Source of the DNA: Piromyces finnis finn
Taxonomy: Eukaryota > Fungi > Neocallimastigomycota
Assembly (NCBI GenBank): GCA_002104945.1
Contig: MCFH01000020.1
Span: forward strand, 186,001-250,000
DNA: 64,000 bases
Direction: 5' to 3'
Both the position numbers and the translations under genes were made by a program. Position 1 is the first letter of the stretch, and each line of letters begins with the position of its first letter. The notes below the pieces were generated by a model that had not been told where the DNA came from, ran no database searches, and saw only the letters and a list, made by a program, of their open reading frames with translations. This document shows, piece after piece, positions 11,805 to 25,169 of this stretch.

Positions 11805-14589
11805 ATGATGGTAAATAAATCAAGTGATAAAAAGCAATTAGAGGAACTTGTAAGAAATTCAATTAAAAGAACACGATCTTTATTTAAAGATGAACATGAA
11901 CATCCTTTATTAGAAGATGAAGAAAGGTTATTTATATTAAAATTTATTTGAAAATTTTACATAGTATAGTAAAACTATAAAATGAAATGAAATTAATTTT
12001 TTAATCTTAAATTCATAAATTCAAATTTATATTTATTTTAAATGTATATATACATATACATATGAATTATATATATATACATATAATCTTTCAAAAATTA
12101 AAAATTGCTAAAATTATTCATTTGCAATAAATTATAAAAGTATTTGATTCAAAAAACATTTCAAATTAATATTTTATAATTATGATTTTTTTTTTTAAAT
12201 ATATATATAGTCAAAGAATATGTCTTGCTTCAAAAATTAGAGATGAATACAAAAATTTTTATGAACTTCCACAATGTATTATGAAACAACAACAACAACA
12301 ACAACAACAAAAAGCCAAAAAACAAAAGATTGTTACTACCAATGGTAAAACAACTGTTATAAAAGAAAAAACTGTTATTAAAGGCCCTCATCCATATCCA
12401 AATGCACCTGGTACTTCCTTAGATGAAAGTAATGCTGTAAAGATTAACATTTCAGATTCTTCAATTCAAAAAACTCTTGAAACTATACCAAACATTAATG
12501 AAAAGTAAGTTTTAATTTTATTTTATTTTATATAATATTCAAAAAAATCATATATCTTTATAAAAATTTATTTCATATTTTATATAAAATTTTAATTTAT
12601 ATTAATCCATAATATTATATAATATAATTTTGAATGAAAAATTCAATTATAATAAATATACAATAGTAGCAATGCTCAAAGAAATTCTACATCATTAACA
12701 TTATACAATCAAGATACTATTCCTGTATATAAGACTGCAAACTCATTAATTAGAATTAAAAAAGCTAAAAAAGCACCAAAACCAGAATGGCATGCTCCAT
12801 GGAAGCTTATGCGTGTTATTAGTGGTCATTTAGGTTGGGTACGTTCTATTGCAGTTGATCCAAGTAATGAATGGTTTGCTACAGGTGCAGGTGATAGAAT
12901 TATTAAGGTCAGATTTAAATTTTGTATATGTATATATGATTTTATTAATTGCTATAAAAAGAATTTTCCGATATATTTTTTTAAAAAAAGAAAAGAAAAG
13001 CCATGTTAAAAAATTTTCAATATATCAAAAAAAAAATAATATACTTTTATAAAAACTTATATATATTTATTTCAACTTAAACTAAACATAGAAGAGTCAA
13101 TATGTTAATATAAATAAATAAATATTATTAATTAATTTATCAATCTTGAAAAAACTAAATATAATTGATATATTCTTTCAATCAATAGAATATTAATAAA
13201 GAATTCTAAATCAAATCACTATAATATACAAATCTTTTAATAATAAAAATAAATATGTTCAATAATTATTATATTTTTTAATTTAGAATTACTGTTATTA
13301 AAAAAAATAAAAATGAAAAAAAGTAATACAGTATATGTAATAAAAATTAAATGATTTATAAAAAATTATAAAGAAAAATTATTTAGAATAATAGTACTAT
13401 ATAATTTATCAATCAAATTCAAATTAAAAAAAAAAAAAACTACGATTTAAATCTATTTTTTTTAACTAATAAAAATAATTATTATAACAATATTATAATT
13501 CCTTTACAGATTTGGGATTTAGCATCAGGTACTTTAAAATTATCTTTAACTGGTCACATTTCAGCTGTTAGGGGTTTGTGTATATCGTCTCGTCATCCAT
13601 ACCTTTTCTCTGCTGGTGAAGATAAACAAATTAAATGTTGGGACTTAGAAACAAATAAAGTTATTCGTCATTATCATGGTCATCTTAGTGCTGTTTATTC
13701 CTTAGCTTTACATCCAACATTAGATGTCTTAGTTTCTGGTGGTAGAGATTCAACTGCCCGTGTATGTATATAATGATTTTAAATAAAAAAAACCAATCAA
13801 ATCATCATCATTATTTTTATTATAATTAATCTATATTAAAATCATATTTATAATATATTCTTTTTAAAATATCTTTTTAACTTTTCTTTAAATTTATATA
13901 CAAAATTAACATATAAAAGGTATGGGATATGCGTACTAAATCACAAATTTTTGCCTTCACTGGTCATAATTCTACAGTATCAGATGTTAAATGTCAATCA
14001 GCAGATCCTCAAGTTTTAACAGCTTCTATGGATAGTACTATTAGATTGTGGGATTTAGCTGCTGGTAAAACTATGACCACTTTAACACATCATAAAAAGA
14101 GTGTGAGATCTTTAGCATTACATCCAGTAGAATTTTCATTTGCTAGTGCAAGTCCTGATAATATTAAAAAATGGCATTTCCCAGAAGGTAATTTTGTACA
14201 AAATCTTGAAGGACATAATGCTATTGTTAATACTTTATCTATTAATCATGATAATGTATTATTCTCTGGAGGTAACATAACGATATATTAAAATAATTTA
14301 ATATTATAACATTATGTTTATTTTTTTTTAATTAATATAAATAATATAAATATTATATATTTATATTTAAATTAAAGGTGATAATGGATCAATGTATTTC
14401 TGGGATTGGAAATCAGGATATAACTTCCAAAAAATGGAAACTACAGCTCAACCAGGTTCATTAGATAGTGAAGCTGGTATTTTATGTTCAACATTTGATC
14501 AAACTGGTACACGTTTAATTACAGGAGAAGCTGATAAAACAATTAAAATATGGAAGGAAGATGAAAATGCTTATAATGAACGTGATTAA
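11805..14589 (+). CDS. PRP46: Pre-mRNA splicing factor PLRG1/Prp46 (WD40 repeat, NineTeen complex); multi-exon
   Basis: Spliced sequence contains [67 protein letters not shown] and [12 protein letters not shown], all characteristic of PLRG1. First exon MMVNKSS starts at 11805 with a donor at 11927. Confidence 0.95.
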
Positions 14590-15456
14590 AATACATTTCA
14601 ATAATATACTGAATTAGGGATAAAGAAGCAATGTATAATAGAAACGATATATTATTTTATTTTCATATTCAATTTATTTATGAGATTATACTTAATATTT
14701 TGATCTATATTATTATCATGAACAAAAACATAGTTAATACGTTTAATAATATAAATTTCATATCTTTTTAATTATTCAATTTTTATTAATTTAATCAAGC
14801 AAATAAAATTAAAATTTAATAAATAAAACAATAAGTAAAATATTTTAATTTTCAGGTTTATTGTTTTTAATCCTTTATCATTTATATTAATGTATATAAA
14901 TATATATATCAAACACTTAATATACACAAACATGATATTCATAATATTCTTAATTTATAATAATTGATAATAATACTGAATGAATATATTTTTGTTATTC
15001 TCTATATGATAATTAGTTTTTTTAATTATAAAGAAATTTGTCAATATATAAATATATACATTATAATTTTTTTTTTTTTAAACTATAAATAATACATATC
15101 CTTTGTAAGGTATTATTATAATCATAGATGTACTATCATAATAATGTTTTAAATATTAAGCCTATTAAATAAGATAATTTAATTTAAAATATTTTCTTAT
15201 ATATTCAAAATAATGAAATATAGAATTATTTGGGTATTTAACTATTTAGTAAAATTACATATATATTTTTATTAAGATGCTTTTATTTTTTAGTCATTTT
15301 AATATACTACTCATATTATTTAATAATAATATAATGAATGACTCACACACCACTTTTAAATTATCTAGAAAATAATATAATTCAAAATCAATGTATATTT
15401 TTTGTCATTATTCAAAATTCCATCACCATTACAACCTATTCATTAATTAAAAACTA

Positions 15457-15457
<1 letters not shown>

Positions 15458-15513
<56 letters not shown>
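15458..15513 (+). repeat. Poly(A) tract of about 56 nt
   Basis: Uninterrupted A run in intergenic DNA. Confidence 0.9.
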
Positions 15514-15515
<2 letters not shown>

Positions 15516-17727
15516 AAAGAAATTAAACTGAATTTTTTTTCGAAATTAATATTTAATTAAAATTTTAATTTTGGTATGTTGGTATACACAATTTCTTTAA
15601 AGTTTGTTATAATCTATTTATAAATAAAGTTATACAATTATAGTTTAAATATTTAAACCTAAAATAAAATAGAAAGTTAACTTTTTTTTTTCCTTTTTCC
15701 TTTTTATTTTTTTAAAAAATAATTGTAATATAAAATTTTTACTGATTTATGAATATGTATTTTTATTTTTTTTTTTCAATACATGGTAGTTATTATAAGG
15801 ATAAACAAATTTATAAAATTCTATATTCTATAATCAATTATAATAAGGATTAAAATTTTTATATAAAAATGTGTTTTTTTTTTTTCATTATCATTCATTA
15901 CTTTCATGATTTAACATCCTATCCACCTTATCCACCTTGTGATTTAAAAAAGAAAAATCTTTATTTTCCATTTTCACTATAAAAGAATATCATTTATATA
16001 TATAATATTATAATAAATTATTATAATAGACTGGAATATATGGAATATATTATTATGCCACAAAAATTAATATCATTTAAAGTTTAATTCTAATATTTTG
16101 GTGAAGTACAAAAAAAAAAAAAAAAAAAAGAAATTATTTGTTGAATAGGTTTTTTGTGTATTTTAATATAGAATGGTTACGTGTTTTTATCTTTTTTTTT
16201 TTTTAATACAATTAACTTTTATATTTGCAAGAGGATGTATAATTACAAAGGAGTATAATTATAAATTTAACTATAATAAAATATTAATATATTAGTTCGA
16301 CTATATAAGGCTAAGAAATACATTTTCAATAATAGCAATATTAATTAAACAGATAATTCTAATTTATATAAAAGAGGTATTAATAAAATTCTGTATATTA
16401 TGTTTTTACTTAAATTTTTGTAAATTGGAAGATAAAAAATTAATTCTAATAGATAATATTTTAAATAATTATATATTAATATTAATTGATAATACATTAA
16501 ATTATTGATGAATTATATAAAAAACCTGTTTTTTTAGAATATAAAAAGAGTATATTGTAATATATATTGTAATTCAATTATTTGAAGTTATAAATATTTA
16601 TGTATATAATATAAATTAAAAAAAAAAAAAAATAATTTTATATATAATTTATATATTCACCATATAATATAATTTTTATTATAAAGGTAAATTAAAGTAA
16701 CAAAACAATAATTAAACAATTTAAAAATTTATTGAGATTATTAAAGTTTATTAAAGAAGAAAAAAGTTTTGAAATTTATAAATATAAAAATAAATTCTAT
16801 TTTAATTTAAATAAAATCGTATTTAATAATTTAAATTTAAATTTATATTATTACGATAAATAATAATAAGGTAACTATATAATATGTAAAATTTCTGAAA
16901 TAGAAAATAAAGAAAATCAAAAGAAATATTAATAAAAGGATTATTGTCCATTTAAAATTAATTAAAAAATTAATTCCAAAAGATTGAAAGATTGAATCAA
17001 AAATTTAAATTTCAACAATGTATACACTATAAAATAAAAATTATGATAGAGTAAATAAATTTTAGTAAATTATTGGCATTTCCATAAAATTATTGAGAAA
17101 GTAAACATTATAGAATTATGATTTTCGATTCGATTTTCAAAATACCTTTTTTTTTTTTAAAAAAAAAATAAATAAAAAATGGAAAATTTAATTTTTGTAG
17201 AGGGAGAATATATATATTAAGAAGCAAAATAGAAATATAAAGTAATACGAAATTAATAATATTTTCCGGATAATAATCATTTAATATAATAATTAAGAAA
17301 TATTATAGGAAATAATATAAATGATAATGAATACTTTTTTTTATTTAATGAAATTTCATTTCTTTAAGAATTTTATATGCATTATTAATATATATTAATA
17401 TATATTATAATTAATAATTAACAGTAGCTTTTATGCATTATCAAATTTTGTCAAGAAGTTACAACAGCAATCATTTTTTTATTGAAATAGAAAATAACTT
17501 TAGTTTTTATAAATCTTTATAAATAATTTATAAATGTAAATATAAATTTAAAATTTAAAGTTTGATAATTATTAAAATAATAAATGATTTTATTAAACGA
17601 TTTTTATTTCTTTATTAATATTTACATAAAATTTGATGAAATTTATCATTATAAAGTATAGTAAAATTAAATCATAACATTCAAGATAAAAAAAATATAA
17701 ATATCTTTTTTATCAACCCAACTTTAA

Positions 17728-17937
17728 ATGAGAGTAGATTTTTCAACTTTACAGCAATATCAGAATAGAGCGATTAACGTCGTTATTGAAACTTCATCAT
17801 TTGACCCAATTTCCAACAGAATTCACGATAGTGTTAACCAAAGAAGAAACAAAATCTCCTGTGGAAACAAAAGTGAATGTGATTGTGGATATTTCTTATA
17901 TTACTATTGTCTTTCACAACATGAAGACGGTGGCTAG
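17728..17937 (+). other. Candidate upstream ORF (69 aa, Cys-rich C-terminus) or 5' UTR exon of the PRL gene
   Basis: Locally GC-elevated ATG-to-TAG ORF in otherwise very AT-rich DNA, about 650 bp upstream of the PRL ATG. The PRL ATG is directly preceded by a poly-T/TAG splice acceptor, implying upstream 5' UTR exon(s). Confidence 0.35.
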
Positions 17938-18592
17938 TTTTATTTGACAATCTATAATTCATATATCATAATTTATTAAAATAATCATAAATATTTATTA
18001 TTTCTAAAGTTTGAAAACATTACTCAATTTTAATCATTTAAAATTAAAATAAGAATTAAAAAACCAATTCAATAATTTAATAATACCAAAGGTATAATAA
18101 TATAAAGAATTAATTTCATAAAAATATAGATAATATAATTAACGATTAATAATTCTTTTTTTTTTTTCCCATTTATAAAATTCAAGAAAATATTACTATT
18201 GTATAAATTATAATAATATATCTGCTATTTCTATTATAAAAATTATAAAGTTTATAAATATACATAAAAAATATTTTTGAATATAATTCAATATTTTCAA
18301 ATTTAATTGCAGTAAATATTTTAAATCAACATTTATTTATATTCCATTTTATTAATTTTTAAGATAACCATTCATTATTTCATATATTTAATCAAAAGCC
18401 ATTTTTTGATTAAACAAAATTCATTCAATTAAATTATTTATTTCAATCAACACTTTTACTAATTCAAATAGTAGCTAACACGAAATAAAAAAATTTTTTT
18501 TATTAGAGAAAACAGCAACAAGAATAAGGAATTAAATAATTTTAAACAATATATTAAAAATATAAATATCCTTTTTTTTTTTTTTAGCAAAT

Positions 18593-19717
18593 ATGTCAAC
18601 CGGTAACAAAATGCCTTCAGTTCAGCTTTCGAGAATTTTTAGTTATGTTACTTTTAGAAATATGAATTTTTTAATCTTGGATTGCCCATCAAACGAAAAT
18701 TTGCCTATTTATTTAGAAGTATGTTAAATAAATATATATATATTAATAAGAGTATTATTATAATATATAAACATTATAAAATAATAAATAAAAAGAATAA
18801 ATTAATGTTAATATAAATATGCTTCATAATTATTTATAAATAAATAAATAAATAAATAGGAATTTGTATCTCATAATATTACAGATGTTGTTCGTGTTTG
18901 TGAACCAACCTATGAAACCGAAACATTAAAACAAAATAATATTAATGTTCATGATTGGCATTTCAAAGATGGAACTGTTCCACCATCTGAAGTTATTCAA
19001 AACTGGTTAAGTTTAATAGAAGAACGTTTTGGACAAATTCATTGTAATAAAAAAATAGATATGAACGCAGCTATTGAAATTAATAACAATTATATTGCAG
19101 GAGAACACAATGATCCTACAATAGCAATTCATTGTGTAGCAGGATTAGGTCGTGCTCCAGCAATGGTTGCTATTGCATTAATTGAATCAGGAATGGAATC
19201 ATTAGATGCAGTAACTTATATTCGCCGTTATAGACGTGGTGCCTTTAATTCAAAACAAATTGCCTTTTTAGATAGTTATAAAAGAGGCCAATATAATAAA
19301 AAATCATCTATGTTAGCGAGTATTATGTTAAAAAAGAACAAAAATAATAGTAATGGTGGTAATAAACAAGGCGGTGGATTATTAAGTGTAAAACCATCTA
19401 GTTCTTCATCTTTTAATATTAGAAAAAGAAGTCCAAGTTCTAAATCTTTTTCCAATATTTCTAAGAACAGTTCTTCTTCATGCACTAATATTCCAAGTTC
19501 TAGTCAATCACCCGATAATAATATAGCACCACCAGCTTCCTCAAGTTCTAATAATCGTACAAGTATTTTGTTTAATATTAATAAAATTTTCAAATCCAAG
19601 AGTTCTACTTCTACTAATATCAATAAAAATACCGATATTCAGAATAATGAAAACAGTATCGTTACAAAAGCAGATGGTGCAAAATCCAAAAAAAAGAAAT
19701 ATAATTTATATATATAA
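18593..19717 (+). CDS. PTP4A: PRL-family (PTP4A-like) protein tyrosine phosphatase; 2 coding exons (18593-18718, 18860-19717)
   Basis: FLILDCPSNENL, TDVVRVCEPTY, VHDWHFKDG and active-site loop AIHCVAGLGRAP followed by IRRYRRGAFNSKQ, as in PRL-1/2/3. Confidence 0.92.
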
Positions 19718-20420
19718 AAGCTGATATAAATTAAAAAAAAATTGCATTACCAATATAAAACAATAAATATTATATATATTGTAATATAAAAAAAAAAAAA
19801 AAAAAAGGGGGGTATATAAAGTAAAATTTAGAAAAATCAATAGTGTTATTACTATTTATAATATTACTGATATTAACTAAATAATATTCTATCCAATATA
19901 TATATATATATTCAATAAGTTATTTTTCTTTTTCATTTCATATTTTTTAATTTCAAATTTATAAATTCATTAAATTTTATTTAATATTTAGCATTATAAT
20001 AATAAAAAATACAAATATACATACCATTTTTTTTTTTAAGTAGTATATATATATATATTATTTTATTAATTTTTTTTTTTAATTTTGTTATAATATTTAT
20101 AACATATATATAATTTAAATAAATAAATAATAATTAATGCAAAAACTATTAAAAAAGTTTTTCTAGTTTTCCTTTGTAACAATAATTTTTATTTATTTTT
20201 TAGTTTATTTAAATTATAATATAAATAAATAAACGAATAAAATATACTTGTATTATATTAGAATAATACAAATATAATCATCCTATTACATTATTAATGA
20301 TAATTCGTTTAAATAGTCAAAATTTTTAAATTATTAATATAGATAACAATAGTAATTAATAATGATAATAATAAGGATAAAACAAAAATTAAGGTTGTAT
20401 AAAAATTAATTAAAATCGAT

Positions 20421-23400
20421 TTATTTTGAAGTAGATGATAAAGAAGTTAAAGATGGAGAAGGAAATTCGTTTGTTTGATTTTTTAAAGTTTGTTGTTCCT
20501 CATCTTCTGTAAAAGAAAAATTTTAATGATTTAGTTAAAAAATAAAAAAGAAAACTATTATATTTTAAGGAATAATTTGAATTTTACCTTCTTTTATACT
20601 ATTTTCTTGATTTTCATCTCCTTGAGTTGAAAGTTTTTTTAATTCTATAATCTTGGATTCTAATTGTTTATTGTATTCTAATACTTCTTTTAATTTTTCG
20701 TCATAATTTAAACATTTATTATTTAAATTTTGAATAATATTTTTTAATGTTTGAATGGTGTTTATATTTGTATTTGAAGATGAAAAATCATTTTGAGTAT
20801 CAAATAATAAATTGCTTGATGTTTTGTTAACATCATTAAGTTCTTTATTAGACTCTCCGGTTTCAAAAAGAGTAGATAATGCAAAAGGTTTATTATCGTT
20901 CTATAAAATGTGATTTTTAAGCATAACGAAATATTAGATTCCTATATTAAACAAATCATTATTATATTTAAATTATTATTTTTCATTTAGGCTTACATTG
21001 TTAAATTTATTTGATAAATTATTTTGACGAGTTTGTAGATTTTTATTAATTAATCCTTCTGAAGTAATTAAAGGAGTAAAACTTGATATTTCTTTAGATT
21101 CCATAAAAGAAAATGGATTTATAAATGATTTTTCTAATGATAATTAAAAAAGTATTAATTGATTAAATCCTACATGTAATTTGAATAGTTATTATTTTTT
21201 TTTTTTACCTTTATCAGAAATAGATGATATTGTATTATTTACTGTATATTTTGAATTTACAATAGGATTTGGTGTTAATAATAAAGAATTATCCTTTTTT
21301 TGATTGTAATTACTATTTAGCATAAATGGAGGAGAAATAGTAGTTTGAGTTTTAATAGGAATAATCGATTGTGTAGTTGTTGTAATTATAAAAGGGGAAG
21401 AAAAAGGTGTATATATTTTTTGATTTTCATTTATTTTAGCTGTTGTGGAGGTAAAAGAAGTTGTTGTTGTTGTTGTTGTTAAGAAAGTATCATTTATAAC
21501 TTGAGAAGGAGGAGCAACAGCACTTACTTTATTAGTAATTTTGTAATTATCATATGAATTATTCAATAAAACATTACTAATATTATCAATCAAAACTTTT
21601 TCTTCTTCTAAATAATAAAAAGATAAAAAAATTATTTTAAATAAATTTATAAAAAAAGTTATATTATTGTTAAATAAATAATTATTGATATATACCATTA
21701 TTTTCTGTTAATATAAATTCCAATGGCGTTGTTTTATTAGTATTATTATAAATAGTGCAATTATCATTTATTGATTGTTCAAACATATTATTATTTGCCA
21801 AGGTAGTGGAAGTTGTAGTCAAAGGAGTGGTTCCAACAATATTATCGTAGGTATTTTTTGATTCTGATGTTTCAGAGTTAGTATAGATTTCTATATGAAT
21901 GTCACATTAACAGAAATTGATGATGAAAAGATAGTTAGTTTATCTTGTATAATAGTAAATTAAATTGCTAGGTTAGTTATGAAATTTACCATCTTTAACT
22001 TCTTTATGGCTATCGTTGGAAGAGATAGTTTTAATAGAATTTGGTGGTGAAGGATATGCTGAACTGATAGAATCCGTAATAATAGATTGATTAGGGGTAC
22101 TTGGTTCTTTTTTTTTCTATTATTTCATTAATTAATTAAATATATTATTATTTTGTTAGTTAATGATTTCTAACCATAATTTTATCAACAAAAATAAAAA
22201 TAATTATTTACATCGGCTCTAAAGACAAATAATTCAAGATCTTTTGGACATTCATGATTCTATAATTATTTCGAAATATTTTAGTATCTTATTTATTCTA
22301 TACTCTACTATATAATCATAATTACCGAGAAATTTAAAATCATATTCTTTTGTTTATCGGTGAATCCAGGACAGCATAAACCTGAACGAATTAATCTATT
22401 CATTAAAGTTGGAGATATATTAATGTATTCTTTTGATAAATGTGATTTTAACGATTCTAAAGATACTAGATTATTTTATTTATAAATCATTCGTTTATAA
22501 AATTATAAATAATTATAATTTTATTAATATGCTATAATAAATATTACTTAATAATATTAATTTATATGGTTACATTTTAAAAGTTCAAAAATATGATCAC
22601 GATGTAAAGTATTAATAATATTTGGGATGTGCCATGGGATTTTACTAATAATTGAAATAACATTTTCAAATGGCCTTTCAGCACATTTTCTACTAAAGTG
22701 AAGTTTATAGTTTTTGCACACTAATAAAATAGCGCTCACCTCATCTCTGGTGAGAAAGCAACCATCTTTAGCATAAGTTGTATTTAAGCCTCCATAAATA
22801 ATACCAGTTCCTATAGTCACTGTTGATGAATTCATTGTTGGGGGTGGCATGGATAATGTATTGGTATGATGTGTTATTTGGTCTTTAAGTGATATAATAA
22901 ATTATTGTTTACATTGAAAAAATTTAGATTATTTATTAATGAAATAAGGATAGTAATTTTATTATAATAAAAAAATATTTTAATTTATATATATAGATAA
23001 ATATATTTCATGGAAAAACAATAAGTACTCTTAGATTTGTTTCCAGCCCAACTTGGAAATAATGATTTCATTAATTCTTCTTGAGAACTTCTTGAGATAG
23101 TAACAATTCTTCCTTTTAATATAGTCTTGTTTCTTGTTTCAATAGCAGTATTTGCATCTTCCATAGTTGTAAATTCAATGTAGGCATCAGAAAATGTTTT
23201 TCCTGAAGTACGATTCATAATGATGTGTATTCCTTGAGTAAAGTATGGAGCTTCATGAGCAGCTGGAATCTATTTTATGATTTTATTATATCATATATAT
23301 ATATATTAATAAAAGGAACCAGAATTAATATTGCTAATATATATATAAATATAAATATTATAAAAATATATTTACTTTCAAAGGATAAAAGAAAGCTAAT

Positions 23401-25169
23401 ACATCTTTTTGAGAAAGATCCCATGGAATCTATAATAATTTTAATTTTATATATATAAGTAGGTGTATATATATTTATTTAATTGCTAATAAATAATCCT
23501 ACATTGCTCAATTTAACTACGGATAAATAAGTTGTTGGAACTGGAAAAATTCTTTCAATTGTTAATATGTTATACATATTACCATTAAATGTTGATGTTG
23601 TATTAATTTTATTTGAATTTTGGTCATTTACTTCATTGTTTTCCTTTTTATTATTTTTTAAAATTTTATTATCATAAACATATTTCATGTAATACACATT
23701 CTATACAATTATATACAATATATAGCATTGATTTAGAATTTATATTACAGAAATAATTCTTTTAACTAAAAGTACATACCTCTCTACAAAAGCATTTCAT
23801 TATTGTACCTTCTTCATTATATAAAAATTCACTTTGAATACATTTATCGCATAATCTATATAAAATTAAATATTAAATATTGTTAGCAGATATATATAAT
23901 TCATTAATTATTGATTTTATTTAGGCATACATATGATGACAATATAATAATTCAATATTTCCAGGCCTTTTTAAGCACATTTCACATAGCTTATAATCCA
24001 TATCTTCATCTTTATTAATTTATAAAATAAAAATTTAATTAAAAAAAAAAAAAAAAAAGAAGAGAAAAATAATAATTTACTTTTATTATTTGATAGTTTA
24101 CCATTATTCATAATGAAGGTATTCTTCTCCTCTATAAAAAAATTATTTTTCACAATATCTTCATTATTTTTCAATTTATTAATGTTGTTATTGTCTTTAA
24201 GTGATCCTAAAGAAACAATTGGATTATTGATATCAAAAGTTGTTTCAAGAGTTTCTTTATTTAATACTGATTCTTTTGAATTTAATCGTAAAGAATCACA
24301 AGATGGATATTTCATTAGTTTAAATTCATTATTAATAATCATATTATTATTATTTCCATTAATATGTTCATTGCTATAATTATTCATATTGGTACTCATA
24401 TTAGTTTTCTTTATAATAATATTATTATTATTAATTTTTGTGTTATTGTTTATAAAATTATTGTTATTTGGAGATGATAAATTTTTTTGTAACTGAAGGG
24501 GAATTTGTGTAGGGTTTTGATTAAATGGTGTATAAAATACTTTTCTACTATTATTTATTGATGGATATTGAGGATAAAAATTATTATTATTATTATTGTT
24601 ATTACAAGTAATATTACTATCACCATTAATTATAGAATTATTATATATTTTATAGTTTAAAGTATCATTACAATTGATTAATTTAGTATTATTGGTATTA
24701 TAGGAAAGTTGCATATTGCAACCATTGGAAGTGTTATATTTAACATTTGAGTTTTGTTCTCCATAAATTGGTAAAAATCCTTTGTTAATGTTTGATAAAT
24801 TTTTATTAAAACCATTCAAGTTAAAATTATTTGAATTCATAACAGGGTTTGGATAAAGAGCTACTGAATTTGAATTATAGTTATTGTTTTCATAACTACT
24901 CCATTTATTCCATTGAGAATCGTATTCTCGTAATTTGTGTAAATTTGGTAATGATGCTTTTTTTTCTGCTCTATGCGGATAATCATAGAATATAGATGGT
25001 TGAATATCGTTGGAAGCATTAAACTATTTATTATGAAAATATAATTAATTATTTAATTATTTTTTTTTTTAAATTAAAGAACATTTATATATACCATGCT
25101 TTTTCTCTTTGTTTGTTTGAATTGGCTTATTTGATTATTATTAGTATCATCGAAATTAATATTATTCAT
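20421..25169 (-). CDS. Multi-exon RNA-binding protein with an hnRNP F/H/ESRP-like quasi-RRM and long Asn/Ser/Thr low-complexity regions
   Basis: Joining GT-AG exons gives VVKLSNIPWDLSQKDVLAFF...GIHIIMNRTSGKTFSDAYIEFTTMEDANTAI...GRIVTISRSSQEELMKSLFP, then ERPFENVISIISKIPW. Start (MNNINFDD, 25169) and stop (about 20421) were inferred manually. Confidence 0.72.

Noticed and set aside
15338-15526. 62-aa ORF ending in poly-Lys
   Set aside because: Produced by the genomic poly(A) tract; no coding signal.
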